Virus record (IMG/VR): IMGVR_UViG_3300044615_000494
Reading direction: 5' to 3' (one strand)
DNA: 64,000 nt
DNA from: a virus
Below, one piece after another: positions 1-8,556 of the stretch. The position numbers were made by a program, and so were the translations under genes. The notes below the pieces were generated by a model, which saw nothing but the letters and a program-made list of their open reading frames with translations, was not told where the DNA came from and did not search any database. How positions within the stretch are numbered: position 1 is the stretch's first letter; the number at the start of each line of letters is the position of its first letter.

Positions 1-1
1 T

Positions 2-145
2 AAATTAGAATATGGACATGCACATTTCATCAATGTGACATATAAACATCGTGTAGTAGGTTCAAACTCTAACGCAAGAAAGAACAGTTTTTTCTGTTTT
101 AAAGAGTTCTCAGATAGAAAAATCGCAGAGAAGTTTTTAAAATAA
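2..145 (+). CDS. Partial CDS (3' end), possibly cupin/2OG-oxygenase C-terminus
   Basis: Open frame from window edge: KLEYGHAHFINVTYKHRVVGSNSNARKNSFF...*; the F-x-NV..H.V....R pattern resembles the end of a double-stranded beta-helix. Confidence 0.35.
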   Translation, partial: KLEYGHAHFINVTYKHRVVGSNSNARKNSFFCFKEFSDRKIAEKFLK

Positions 146-159
146 TATATAGTATAGAA

Positions 160-235
160 GCCCACTTAGCACAGCTGGTAGTGCAACTGATTTGTAATCA
201 GTAGGTCGGCGGTTCGAATCCGTCAGTGGGCACCA
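160..235 (+). tRNA. tRNA-Thr(UGU)
   Basis: GCCCACT acceptor stem, ACTGA-TT-TGT-AA-TCAGT anticodon arm, GGTTCGAATCC T-arm, encoded CCA. Confidence 0.95.
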
Positions 236-240
236 TTTTT

Positions 241-870
241 ATGATCATAAATACAGAAAATTTTCGCAGGATAGTAGGGGCAAAGATAGTAGGCTTTGAC
301 CCCTATTGTCGTTATGCTAGGGAAAGACATATAGCATACGTGCATATTCCTAAAAACGCTAGCAAGATAATCATGGCTGCATTGAATGATTATACGGATA
401 TAGTACTTGAAGATAGAAATCCAGTTGATGTACAATTAGAAGACCCTGATGCTAGGTTTATAGTAGTGTTGCGCAACCCATTAGAAAGATGGTATAGTGG
501 TATACTACAGTACCTAGAAAATATCAATTATCGTGAAGGACTTAAGAATCCTAAAGTGTTGCGCATGATATGTGACGGCTTAGATTTTGATGTACATACA
601 CAATTGCAGATAGACAAGTTAGATGGGTTAGATACAGACCGTTGTGTATTTTTCAATGCTGATGATTCATCCTTCAATCAAAAACTGATAGACTTTTTCA
701 GCAAAGAGTTAGACTACGAGATAAAACTTCCGGAAAAAACGGTTAGTTATGATATAGATAATCTAAACTATATCAGAGATTTTATTAGAGAGAATCCTGA
801 GACATTAGAAAAGATCAAAAAGTATTATAAACCCGATTTTATGCTGTTTGATAAAGTAGCATTTGTATAA
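241..870 (+). CDS. Sulfotransferase family (Sulfotransfer_2-like) protein
   Basis: YVHIPKNAS (5'-PSB-like) and VLRNPLERWYSG (3'-PB-like) motifs; start moved to ATG 241, outside the tRNA. Confidence 0.6.
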   Translation: MIINTENFRRIVGAKIVGFDPYCRYARERHIAYVHIPKNASKIIMAALNDYTDIVLEDRNPVDVQLEDPDARFIVVLRNPLERWYSGILQYLENINYREGLKNPKVLRMICDGLDFDVHTQLQIDKLDGLDTDRCVFFNADDSSFNQKLIDFFSKELDYEIKLPEKTVSYDIDNLNYIRDFIRENPETLEKIKKYYKPDFMLFDKVAFV

Positions 871-961
871 GTTTTGTACTATACAAAAACTATACTTTTT
901 GGCCTGGCTGTATAAATAGACTTGACACGGGGACGTGTCCATGCAGTACAGGAGTAGTACA

Positions 962-1207
962 ATGAAGAAGATAGCAGTAGCAACATTGGCTTTGTTTTCG
1001 ACTCTAGCATTCGCTCAGGATCGTGTAGCAAAGTTTGATAGAGATGAAGACGGCAAAGTAGATATAGTAGAGTTAAGAAAGTCGTGCGATGTATCACACA
1101 ATCTGTTCGAAAAAGCAGACAAGAACGGTGATGGTGCATTGAGCAATTCTGAGATGAGAACAGCCAAGGCTTATCTCTTCACCAAATGCGATGAGAAAGT
1201 TGCTTAA
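962..1207 (+). CDS. Secreted EF-hand protein
   Basis: Signal peptide MKKIAVATLALFSTLAFA; two EF-hand loops DRDEDGKVDIVE and DKNGDGALSNSE; RBS GGAG upstream; TATAAATA at 911-918. Confidence 0.7.
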   Translation: MKKIAVATLALFSTLAFAQDRVAKFDRDEDGKVDIVELRKSCDVSHNLFEKADKNGDGALSNSEMRTAKAYLFTKCDEKVA

Positions 1208-1234
1208 TTTAACAACCATCCTCCAGAGGGTTGT

Positions 1235-1261
1235 AGGGCGGTAGCGATATCGCCCTTTTTT
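1235..1261 (+). terminator. Rho-independent terminator
   Basis: AGGGCG...CGCCCT stem followed by T-run. Confidence 0.6.
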
Positions 1262-1300
1262 ATTGCATTAGTTTTAAATTAATATATAATGAATATAGTT

Positions 1301-1377
1301 CGGAGTGTAGCACAGCCTGGTAGTGCGTCTGCTTTGGGAGCAGAAGGTCCAAGGTTCGAATCCTTGTACTCCGACCA
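1301..1377 (+). tRNA. tRNA-Pro(UGG)
   Basis: CGGAGTG acceptor, TCTGC-TT-TGG-GA-GCAGA anticodon arm, GGTTCGAATCC, CCA. Confidence 0.95.
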
Positions 1378-1389
1378 GTTTTACAATTT

Positions 1390-1464
1390 GCGGGATTAAC
1401 TCAGTGGTAGAGTAGCGCCTTTACACGGCGAATGTCGGGAGTTCGACCCTCTCATCCCGCACCA
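1390..1464 (+). tRNA. tRNA-Val(UAC)
   Basis: GCGGGAT acceptor, CGCC-TT-TAC-AC-GGCG anticodon arm, GTTCGA T-loop, CCA. Confidence 0.93.
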
Positions 1465-1465
1465 A

Positions 1466-2512
1466 TCAACTAAAGTCCTCATATGTGTCATCTCTCACAG
1501 TATCAAGGGTGGCGCAATGAGGACCACCGCTTAATGTGCGGCAATGACGCATACGAACCGGCATTATATCAAAACCGTTCGCTTCTAGTTGTTTTATGAG
1601 ATTAGTCTGACGCTCTTCTACAGCGATGAGTTTATCACTGAGGCTGAGGATGTTCATGCCTAACCAAGGACTTGCAGCCGCCCAATGCTCTTCATATGGA
1701 GTCTCAATCGGATCCGCCGCATAGATTTTCTTCCATGATTTAAAGAAAGAGGGAAGGTTATTCTCATTGACACGCTTAGGATTTAATAATACCGTTCCTG
1801 CCGCTAGCGGCATTATAGTAGTATCTAAATGCACATAAGCATAAACGTTAGTTAGCATATGAACACGATACTTATCGCCCAATGTAGACTGTAACCACTC
1901 AGCACCAAACTTGTTACCTGAGTTGCTTACTAGATAGAATAGATCCTTACCGCATTTAATGACGTTTGCCGCATCAAATGCAGGCTCAAACTCAGTTAGT
2001 GTATTGCGACTTAGATCCGTGCGATCATATAGTTGATCCAATAATTCTGGTTTAGGAGCACTGATCCAACGGCTGCCGTTCTTAAGATATTTTTTGAATA
2101 TGTCTCTATATGCTAACGTTTCAAAGTAACGTGCGCGTAAAGGCATAGGAGTCTCAATCAATGTGTCGCCCACTACTAACACGCTGTCTCTAGGACAGTA
2201 TAGATAATAGCCGTCACTTTTCCAATCTGGACTACCGAACTCTCTAGCACAATTCCTGATATCAGGACGTAATACATTGACACCTATATTTTCAAGTTGT
2301 TGCTTGAATACTTCTAGGTCTTCAATCGTTTCTTCACGAATTTTTTGTGAGTAGAATCCTCCCGGAAGATTATCTATAGCATCGTAGTTAGCATAATCTA
2401 CGCAATGTATATCATGGTTCTTGATAGTAGGTATCTGCGCAAACTCGGCTCTACCTAGTATGACTTCTTTTAGTCTGCCCCATTCTGTGTTGCTATTAAC
2501 TTTGTTTTCCAT
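1466..2512 (-). CDS. Amidinotransferase (AGAT/StrB1-like, pentein fold)
   Basis: NSNTEWGRLKEVILG N-terminus, CPRD, RYFE, FDAAN, HLDTT and RTLSGGPHC motifs, with the catalytic Asp/His/Cys retained; start set at MENKV. Confidence 0.9.
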   Translation of the reverse strand: MENKVNSNTEWGRLKEVILGRAEFAQIPTIKNHDIHCVDYANYDAIDNLPGGFYSQKIREETIEDLEVFKQQLENIGVNVLRPDIRNCAREFGSPDWKSDGYYLYCPRDSVLVVGDTLIETPMPLRARYFETLAYRDIFKKYLKNGSRWISAPKPELLDQLYDRTDLSRNTLTEFEPAFDAANVIKCGKDLFYLVSNSGNKFGAEWLQSTLGDKYRVHMLTNVYAYVHLDTTIMPLAAGTVLLNPKRVNENNLPSFFKSWKKIYAADPIETPYEEHWAAASPWLGMNILSLSDKLIAVEERQTNLIKQLEANGFDIMPVRMRHCRTLSGGPHCATLDTVRDDTYEDFS

Positions 2513-4305
2513 TTTTTTGTCCTTCTCCCTCGGTGGTATATGGCCTTGCAAAAATCTTGAAACCCTTCAATCTTTTCTGCTGACACAGTAAATTCATCAG
2601 TAGTATATGGATAGTCACGATCATGGCGTATCAGTGCATGATCATTTAGTTCGACATATTTTAAATACTCGCTACCGTATATATCTTCTATAAATTGTTT
2701 TAACGTTTTCAAATATTCATCACGATGTTTTTCAAATACTATAGCACTGGCACTCTCATATTCCCAATAAAAATCATTATCTCCAAATATCTGTCTGCCC
2801 CAGAATCCATTATTATCGAGCGTGTCTCGCAATGATTTTTTCGTGATATCATATTCTTTATTGACTATATTATCAGATCCTTTTATGTATTCATAGAATG
2901 CTTTGTATACCTTGCTTCTTCCTATATGTAAGTCTTTGCTTAACTTCTCTGCTACGATATTAGCCCATCCTAGGCTATGCATAGTGATCATGAAATACTT
3001 GAATAAGAATCCTTCTATATAATCATCATAACTCATAGTGCTATGAGAGATGACATATTTTCCTATCTCTAATGGTAAATCTTTATTTCTGTGCGCAAAG
3101 AAACTGACTTGTGGAGTGTATGCAAATTTCAAATCGTGTTTCTTGATATAAACAGGATCGCTGAATTCAGTATTCTCATATGCTTCTAACGGGTGTCCAA
3201 ATATCCATCCTTCTGGATTAATATCGATCACATAACTGATACCTTCTATCCAACTGTCTAATGTTTCACCCGGCAGCCCTAGTATGAAATCATGATATGT
3301 GGGTATGCCTAGATCGATATACTTTTTAGCGATCTCTTCTAGTCTGTCATTTGCTATATTGATGCGTTTGATATTACCCAATGCAGTTTTATTTTGTGAT
3401 TGTAGTGCTAACGTCACTCCGCCACGATTCATGCTATCTAATATCTTGCTCATCTCAAGCAAACGCTCAGGGCTATTCTTAGCCCATGTAGCATTGATCT
3501 TTTCGGGAAAACCGTTCTCGCCGTGTTTTTGTTTAATGTATTTTACTAAATCTAAGTCTCTAGGAAATATTCCAAAATTTGCATCTGCCACTTCAACATA
3601 TTCTATCTTACGCTCACTGAACCAGTCGATCTCTTTGATCAATCTTTCAGTCTCAAAGATATAGACTTTGTTGTAGTAATCAGCACCTAGATCACAGAAT
3701 GTACAGTGATATGGACAACCTCTATGCGTTTCCCATACAGGCATGAAATTATAATGTGGGTATCGCACAAAGAACTGATCGAATATACCTTCTAGATATG
3801 GGCTAGGAATCTGTGCTAGATCAGTTTTTCTTATGCGGGTTGCAGTCTTGTAATACTGATCATCTTTGATGTATGCTAGACCATTGACATTACTTAAATC
3901 TGTTTTATTTGCTATAGCAGATAACAGTTCATGTATCGTCTCTTCACCTTCGCCCCACATGCTGACATCAATGTAATCATGTTCTCTTAGATATGATTCA
4001 TGTTGTTGCGCGTTAGGTCCGCCTATACCTATGAATACGTTAGGATATAGTTTTTTCAGTTCTTTAGCAATAGATAGATGGTATGTCGTGTTCCAGCCAT
4101 AGTTACTAAACAATATTATATCGGGATCCTTGACCTTTTCAATGTAGTCTTTTACAGGAAGTTTTTCAAAAAAGATATCAGACAATATGTAATTGTCTTT
4201 TATCTCATTAAATTGACTAGCGTATGTCCATAGTATACCTGAACTATAAGGCAAGTATATACTATTGCCGTAACTTTCCTGGCATTGAAAAAAATATAAA
4301 TTCAT
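2470..4305 (-). CDS. B12-binding domain radical SAM protein
   Basis: WETHRGCPYHCTFCD (CxxxCxxC); N-terminal PYSSG...GGPN...GEGE cobalamin-binding-like domain; ADANFG, ALQS and FILGLPGET motifs. Confidence 0.85.
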   Translation of the reverse strand: MNLYFFQCQESYGNSIYLPYSSGILWTYASQFNEIKDNYILSDIFFEKLPVKDYIEKVKDPDIILFSNYGWNTTYHLSIAKELKKLYPNVFIGIGGPNAQQHESYLREHDYIDVSMWGEGEETIHELLSAIANKTDLSNVNGLAYIKDDQYYKTATRIRKTDLAQIPSPYLEGIFDQFFVRYPHYNFMPVWETHRGCPYHCTFCDLGADYYNKVYIFETERLIKEIDWFSERKIEYVEVADANFGIFPRDLDLVKYIKQKHGENGFPEKINATWAKNSPERLLEMSKILDSMNRGGVTLALQSQNKTALGNIKRINIANDRLEEIAKKYIDLGIPTYHDFILGLPGETLDSWIEGISYVIDINPEGWIFGHPLEAYENTEFSDPVYIKKHDLKFAYTPQVSFFAHRNKDLPLEIGKYVISHSTMSYDDYIEGFLFKYFMITMHSLGWANIVAEKLSKDLHIGRSKVYKAFYEYIKGSDNIVNKEYDITKKSLRDTLDNNGFWGRQIFGDNDFYWEYESASAIVFEKHRDEYLKTLKQFIEDIYGSEYLKYVELNDHALIRHDRDYPYTTDEFTVSAEKIEGFQDFCKAIYHRGRRTKKWKTKLIATQNGAD

Positions 4306-4949
4306 CCTAGATAACTGTTGAATATTGTTTGTTGGCTCAAGTCTGTATATGCTTCGTTAGACCCGGTGTCAGGATTATAATCTGGCAGTTCGTCTAATTT
4401 TAATATGCCTATCGCGGCATCTTCAGGAGTCATATACATATGATACCCTATACAGGCTAATTGATCATTTTTGTATAATACTTCTTTGTGTCTACCATCA
4501 TAGATCATGGGTCTGCACCAGTCTACGAATTGCTTATCATTAGTTAATATCACACCACCGCGACCTATCTTTAATGTTTTACGATGATGAAAACTCACGC
4601 AATAATATGAATCAGGTATGTACATATCCTTACAGAATCTTGTAGCACCATCTACTACGGGCGTGTTACCTAAGCAGTATTCGCCTGACCATTTCTTATC
4701 TATGAATCTGATCTTGTTGCCTGAATGTATGATCTGCATTGGTACAGATGCATAAGTATTTTTTGGTATCTCAATTACTGTATCTTTTATATCAAGATAC
4801 TTTAAACACAAGTATAATGCATTACTGCAACTATCAAGGCACACAGCATATTTTGACCCAGCATACTGCGCTAACTTGTCTTCAAATAAAGTAACGATGT
4901 CCCAAGGATCTTTGAATGTGTAACCTTTATTTGTGAGTTGGGATATCAT
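4302..4949 (-). CDS. Short DegT/DnrJ/EryC1/StrS-type PLP-dependent aminotransferase-like protein
   Basis: FEDKLAQYAGSKYAVCLDSCSNAL, VVDGA, SFHHRKTLKIGRGG (Schiff-base Lys position), GYHMYM; only 215 aa. Confidence 0.75.
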   Translation of the reverse strand: MISQLTNKGYTFKDPWDIVTLFEDKLAQYAGSKYAVCLDSCSNALYLCLKYLDIKDTVIEIPKNTYASVPMQIIHSGNKIRFIDKKWSGEYCLGNTPVVDGATRFCKDMYIPDSYYCVSFHHRKTLKIGRGGVILTNDKQFVDWCRPMIYDGRHKEVLYKNDQLACIGYHMYMTPEDAAIGILKLDELPDYNPDTGSNEAYTDLSQQTIFNSYLG

Positions 4950-5667
4950 AAGGCTCTCCTAAATCATTATCAAACCAATATAGACTGCGGTGCGGTCTGT
5001 CATCTTCTCTGTACTTTGCATCACTCACATAGAAAAACAATCTAAATGTATTTCTTGTACGATCTTCTGGGCATGTTATTGGATCTGGATATCCATGAAA
5101 ACCCCTTTTATGATAACGCCAAATAACTACTCTGTTAAACAATGTAGGAACTTGTTGTATTACTCGTTCGTTGTTGAAGTCTTTGAATTGCAATGCCCCG
5201 CCCCACTCTTCTTTCCATTCAGGATCGAGGTAAACTATTAGGCTCAACATTCGATGCAGTTTCAAACTATCATTCCAATTAAAATCAGTGTGGATTTTTA
5301 AACTATATCCTTTATATGTCCTAGAATATCCCGCACCAGTCAGATAGGGATCAGGTATTAGATCAGTTATTCCTGTGACCTTAGTTAACCAGTTCATACC
5401 TAACGCGCTGTGCATTACATTAGTGAACTCATAAGCCGCAGGGCAGGCTTCTAGATTATTACACTCTTTCATTAAACTTCCGCGTCTAGTAAAGTCGCGC
5501 CAGTGCTTGTCCGGAACTGTGACACACTCTTCATACATCTTTTGGGCATGATTTTTGGGTAAAAAATCGTCAAGGACTATCATAGGATATGGGGGAGTTC
5601 CCACGAAAGTGTTGTTAAGTTCTTGATAATTATTAAATTTATTACGGATGTAGTTGATGATTTCCAT
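4927..5667 (-). CDS. 2OG-Fe(II) oxygenase (prolyl-4-hydroxylase-like)
   Basis: IHTD, LSLIVYL..EWKEEWGGAL, FHGY and R.T motifs. Confidence 0.8.
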   Translation of the reverse strand: MEIINYIRNKFNNYQELNNTFVGTPPYPMIVLDDFLPKNHAQKMYEECVTVPDKHWRDFTRRGSLMKECNNLEACPAAYEFTNVMHSALGMNWLTKVTGITDLIPDPYLTGAGYSRTYKGYSLKIHTDFNWNDSLKLHRMLSLIVYLDPEWKEEWGGALQFKDFNNERVIQQVPTLFNRVVIWRYHKRGFHGYPDPITCPEDRTRNTFRLFFYVSDAKYREDDRPHRSLYWFDNDLGEPYDIPTHK

Positions 5668-5708
5668 TTATATGTTCTCCATAATATACTTATTCTTTAA
5701 GAAAAGGC

Positions 5709-5737
5709 TTGACAAGAAAGAGCAATGCATATATAAT
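5709..5737 (+). promoter_or_regulatory. sigma70 promoter for tRNA-Leu/tRNA-Ile2
   Basis: TTGACA-17-TATAAT consensus. Confidence 0.75.
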
Positions 5738-5756
5738 TGATCTCATGTTGAACAAA

Positions 5757-5841
5757 GCCTCGGTGGTGAAATTGGTAGACACAAGGGACTTAAAATCCCT
5801 CGCCGAAAGGTGTGCCGGTTCGAGTCCGGCCCGAGGCACCA
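5757..5841 (+). tRNA. tRNA-Leu(UAA)
   Basis: AGGGA-CT-TAA-AA-TCCCT anticodon arm, long variable arm, GGTTCGAGTCC, CCA. Confidence 0.95.
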
Positions 5842-5852
5842 ATCAGATTTCA

Positions 5853-5929
5853 GGGCCCTTAGCTCAATTGGTTAGAGCATCCGACTCATAATCGGCAGGT
5901 TCTGGGTTCAAGTCCCGGAGGGCCCACCA
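5853..5929 (+). tRNA. tRNA-Ile2(CAU) (or elongator Met)
   Basis: CGA-CT-CAT-AA-TCG anticodon arm; overall resemblance to bacterial lysidine-type tRNA-Ile2 (GGGCCCTTAGCTCA...GGTTAGAGCA...GGTTCAAGTCC...CACCA). Confidence 0.85.
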
Positions 5930-5944
5930 AATTTTTTAGGTTTT

Positions 5945-6200
5945 TGGCAGTTAAGCATGGCATGAGAACTTGTAAACTGCCCGGAGTTGAGAAGGAGATT
6001 AGGACTGACAAAACTTATTATAGGACTTTTTATCCTGTAATGACGCCTATAGCAATACGACTGGAAATCGTACCGTGCTTATGTGAACTAGTCCAAACGG
6101 TTTTTATCTAACCTTCTTGTATTTTGCTGACTAGGAATATATAGGCCTCTGTGCATTGTCAGTTGTCTTTTGCAAATTGCAACTTGTCTAGTTGGTTACT
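5945..6200 (+). ncRNA. Candidate structured non-coding RNA
   Basis: About 330-nt ORF-free gap with several complementary segment pairs (see findings). Confidence 0.35.
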
Positions 6201-6258
6201 TACTTTCTTGACTCTGTTTTTATTTTGTTGTATAATATAATTTTTAAAGGAACATAAT

Positions 6259-6435
6259 ATGTCATGTACAGGCTACGATAGTAGAACAGTTAAAATACCT
6301 AAATCAGTTAAGCGCAGTGCTTCAACTATCATGAATGTACATAAGCGAGGGTCATTCATCCGCAGTTATGTACAGATTTTAATCTCTGATATTAATCAGA
6401 GCAAATATCGAAACTTTAAGGAGAGATACAAATGA
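6259..6435 (+). CDS. Small basic hypothetical protein (58 aa; below the ORF-track cut-off)
   Basis: RBS AAAGGA, MSCTGYDSRTVKIPKSVKRSAS...; ATGA overlap with the next gene. Confidence 0.65.
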   Translation: MSCTGYDSRTVKIPKSVKRSASTIMNVHKRGSFIRSYVQILISDINQSKYRNFKERYK

Positions 6436-7004
6436 ATATCAGTCTACGCAAAGCAAACGCAATCCAAAACATTATCAACGAATTGTTGAAGTCAATCAAT
6501 GTCGTTGAGAATGTTAGCCTAAACGAGTTCGAAGTAGCCGAACAGGTCATCGCAATCAAAGCCGACGAATCTTTCAAAGCATTCCAGCGCCAATTGGCAT
6601 TGGTAGATGCATTATATGATATTCGTAGCAATGTGGCTAGCGCCAACAACGCTACTGGCATCACAGAGATGTTGACTAAGATCGCACGATTGGACAAGTT
6701 GATCGCAATCAATCAAAAGATGGCTGATCGCCCTGTGCGACAGAGCGCAGAAGTCATCGAAGGTAAGTTGAATAAACTGCGCAATTCCAAGGACGAAGGT
6801 CGTAGTTTGATCTATGATCGTTACAACGAGATCAGTACCGGTGTAGCGACTGAAGCAAGCAATCAGAGTTATAAGGAAGCATTGGCAGCGCACAAGCGTG
6901 AGAAGCAACGCTTGCAGGATGCAGTCCTCGAGGCCAATGTGCGCAATGAGATCATCATCGATGCTATGACCGTTGCCACCCTTCGTACAGAGGGTTTGAT
7001 CTAA
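6432..7004 (+). CDS. Hypothetical coiled-coil protein
   Basis: 190-aa helical ORF, RBS AAGGAG, translational coupling. Confidence 0.7.
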   Translation: MNISLRKANAIQNIINELLKSINVVENVSLNEFEVAEQVIAIKADESFKAFQRQLALVDALYDIRSNVASANNATGITEMLTKIARLDKLIAINQKMADRPVRQSAEVIEGKLNKLRNSKDEGRSLIYDRYNEISTGVATEASNQSYKEALAAHKREKQRLQDAVLEANVRNEIIIDAMTVATLRTEGLI

Positions 7005-7106
7005 AAACGGTGTTTTGGTAGGTGCATTAATATGCATCTACTAAGCACTACTCACAACCTGTAAATACTAGTGAGGAAGTTTTCCAATCCTCTGGAGGTA
7101 TTTATA

Positions 7107-7346
7107 ATGGATAAACTAAAAAAAGCATTTGACATGGCTGGCGACTTTTTGCACATGATCATGGATCTAGGTATTAAGTTGTTAGCAGTAGGTGTCATAC
7201 TACAGATATTGTTTGGACCAGCAGTTCCGTTCATGCATTTAGATGTAGTAGGTAATATAACTGCGTTCGCAGGTGCTTTGGGTGAGAAAGGTCTTGTAGG
7301 CCTAGTCGCACTAGCAGTACTATTTTGGGCTTGGAATAAGAAGTAA
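7107..7346 (+). CDS. Small membrane protein (2 predicted TM helices)
   Basis: RBS GGAGG; hydrophobic LGIKLLAVGVILQILFG and LVGLVALAVLFWAW segments; basic C-terminus. Confidence 0.65.
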   Translation: MDKLKKAFDMAGDFLHMIMDLGIKLLAVGVILQILFGPAVPFMHLDVVGNITAFAGALGEKGLVGLVALAVLFWAWNKK

Positions 7347-7371
7347 TCTATACCCAACTTAAGTAGCATAG

Positions 7372-7399
7372 CCCGCTTGAGAGATCAAGCGGGTTTTTT
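7372..7399 (+). terminator. Rho-independent terminator
   Basis: CCCGCTTGA-GAGA-TCAAGCGGG perfect 9-bp stem plus T6. Confidence 0.85.
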
Positions 7400-7419
7400 G
7401 TAATAGAAATGCAATAAAA
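7398..7419 (+). promoter_or_regulatory. Possible Pho box upstream of pstS
   Basis: TTGTAATAGAA-ATGCAATAAAA: 11-bp-period direct repeat resembling (CTGTCATAWAW)2. Confidence 0.35.
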
Positions 7420-7467
7420 AAATTTGTTGATTTCCGTAAATAGTGTCGTAATCAAGGAGATTATGAC

Positions 7468-8454
7468 ATGAAAAAATTAGTAGCATTTAGTTTAGTAATA
7501 TTAGCAAGCGCGGGTGCGCAAGCAAGAGATCAAATCAATATTGTAGGTAGTTCAACAGTATATCCTTTCACTACAACTGTTGCAGAACAGTTCGGTAGAA
7601 TTGGTAAATTTAAAACCCCGAAAGTTGAAAGCACTGGTACCGGTGGTGGTATCAAGTTGTTCTGTAATGGTGTTGGTCCACAACACGCAGATGCGGTCAA
7701 CGCATCCAGACAGATGAAAAAGTCTGAGTTCGACACATGTGCGAAAAATGGTGTAAGTGAAATACTTGAGATCAAGATTGGTTATGACGGTCTTACTATC
7801 GCTGAAAACAAAGCAGGTAAACTATCAGGTCTAAGTCGTAAAGATGTTTATCTAGCATTAGCAAAGACTGTACCAGGACCAAATGGTGCTATGATACCTA
7901 ATCCATATAAGACATGGCGTGATGTAAATCCAACTCTTCCTGCTGTGAAGATTGAAGTTTACGGACCACCTCCAACAAGTGGTACTAGAGATAGTTTCCA
8001 TGAGTTGTATATGGAAGCAGGTTGTGAGTTAGAGAACAAGAAAGCCTGTCATGCTATTCGTGAAGATGGCGCATATGTTGAAGCAGGCGAGAATGATAAT
8101 CTAATCGCACAGAAGTTGATAAGCAACGTGAATGCTTTGGGTGTTTTTGGTTATAGTTTCCTTGAGGAAAATCTAAACAAACTAAAAGGTCTAAAGATTG
8201 AGGGCGTAGAACCAAAATTTGAGACTATTAGCGATAGTAGTTTCCCGGCAAGTCGTCCATTATTCGTTTACGTAAAGAAAGCACATATCGGTGCAATTCC
8301 AGGATTGCGTGAATTTGCTGACGAATATGTAAGTGTCAGGGCTTTAGGCGAAGATGGGTATCTAGCAGAGCGCGGCCTAGTGTCATTAGACAAGGCTGAA
8401 CTTGCTAAAAGCCGTCAAGAAGTTAAGGTTTTAAAGAACTTTAGCCCAAAATAA
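7468..8454 (+). CDS. pstS: Phosphate ABC transporter substrate-binding protein
   Basis: Signal peptide; RDQINIVGSSTVYPF, VESTGTGGG, NASR, GYDG, GPPPTSGTRD and SRPLFVYVK motifs. Confidence 0.93.
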   Translation: MKKLVAFSLVILASAGAQARDQINIVGSSTVYPFTTTVAEQFGRIGKFKTPKVESTGTGGGIKLFCNGVGPQHADAVNASRQMKKSEFDTCAKNGVSEILEIKIGYDGLTIAENKAGKLSGLSRKDVYLALAKTVPGPNGAMIPNPYKTWRDVNPTLPAVKIEVYGPPPTSGTRDSFHELYMEAGCELENKKACHAIREDGAYVEAGENDNLIAQKLISNVNALGVFGYSFLEENLNKLKGLKIEGVEPKFETISDSSFPASRPLFVYVKKAHIGAIPGLREFADEYVSVRALGEDGYLAERGLVSLDKAELAKSRQEVKVLKNFSPK

Positions 8455-8556
8455 AGTAGTATATTTTAATGACCCCTCAGGCCTGTTAAATACTATATGT
8501 CTTTGAAATAGGACATGATGCCACTCACGTGGCATAACAACAAGGAGATATAAAAT

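Noticed and set aside
5709-5891. ORF-track ORFs overlapping tRNAs (5709-5891, 9556-9768, and the 5' extensions at 226 and 13872)
   Set aside because: They run through well-formed tRNA genes; downstream ATGs fit better.
5945-6200. tmRNA, RNase P RNA or group I intron identity for the intergenic RNA
   Set aside because: No tRNA-like ends, no GAGGAAAGUCC P4 element, and the P7-like halves are in the wrong order; kept only as an unassigned candidate.
7010-7052. Long hairpin GTAGGTGCAT-TAAT-ATGCATCTAC
   Set aside because: It is most simply a terminator or processing stem after the 190-aa gene; there is no further evidence of a novel element.
8505-8540. Two small hairpins in the porin leader as a riboswitch
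   Set aside because: The stems are short and match no aptamer I recognise; they are more likely 5' stabilising stems.
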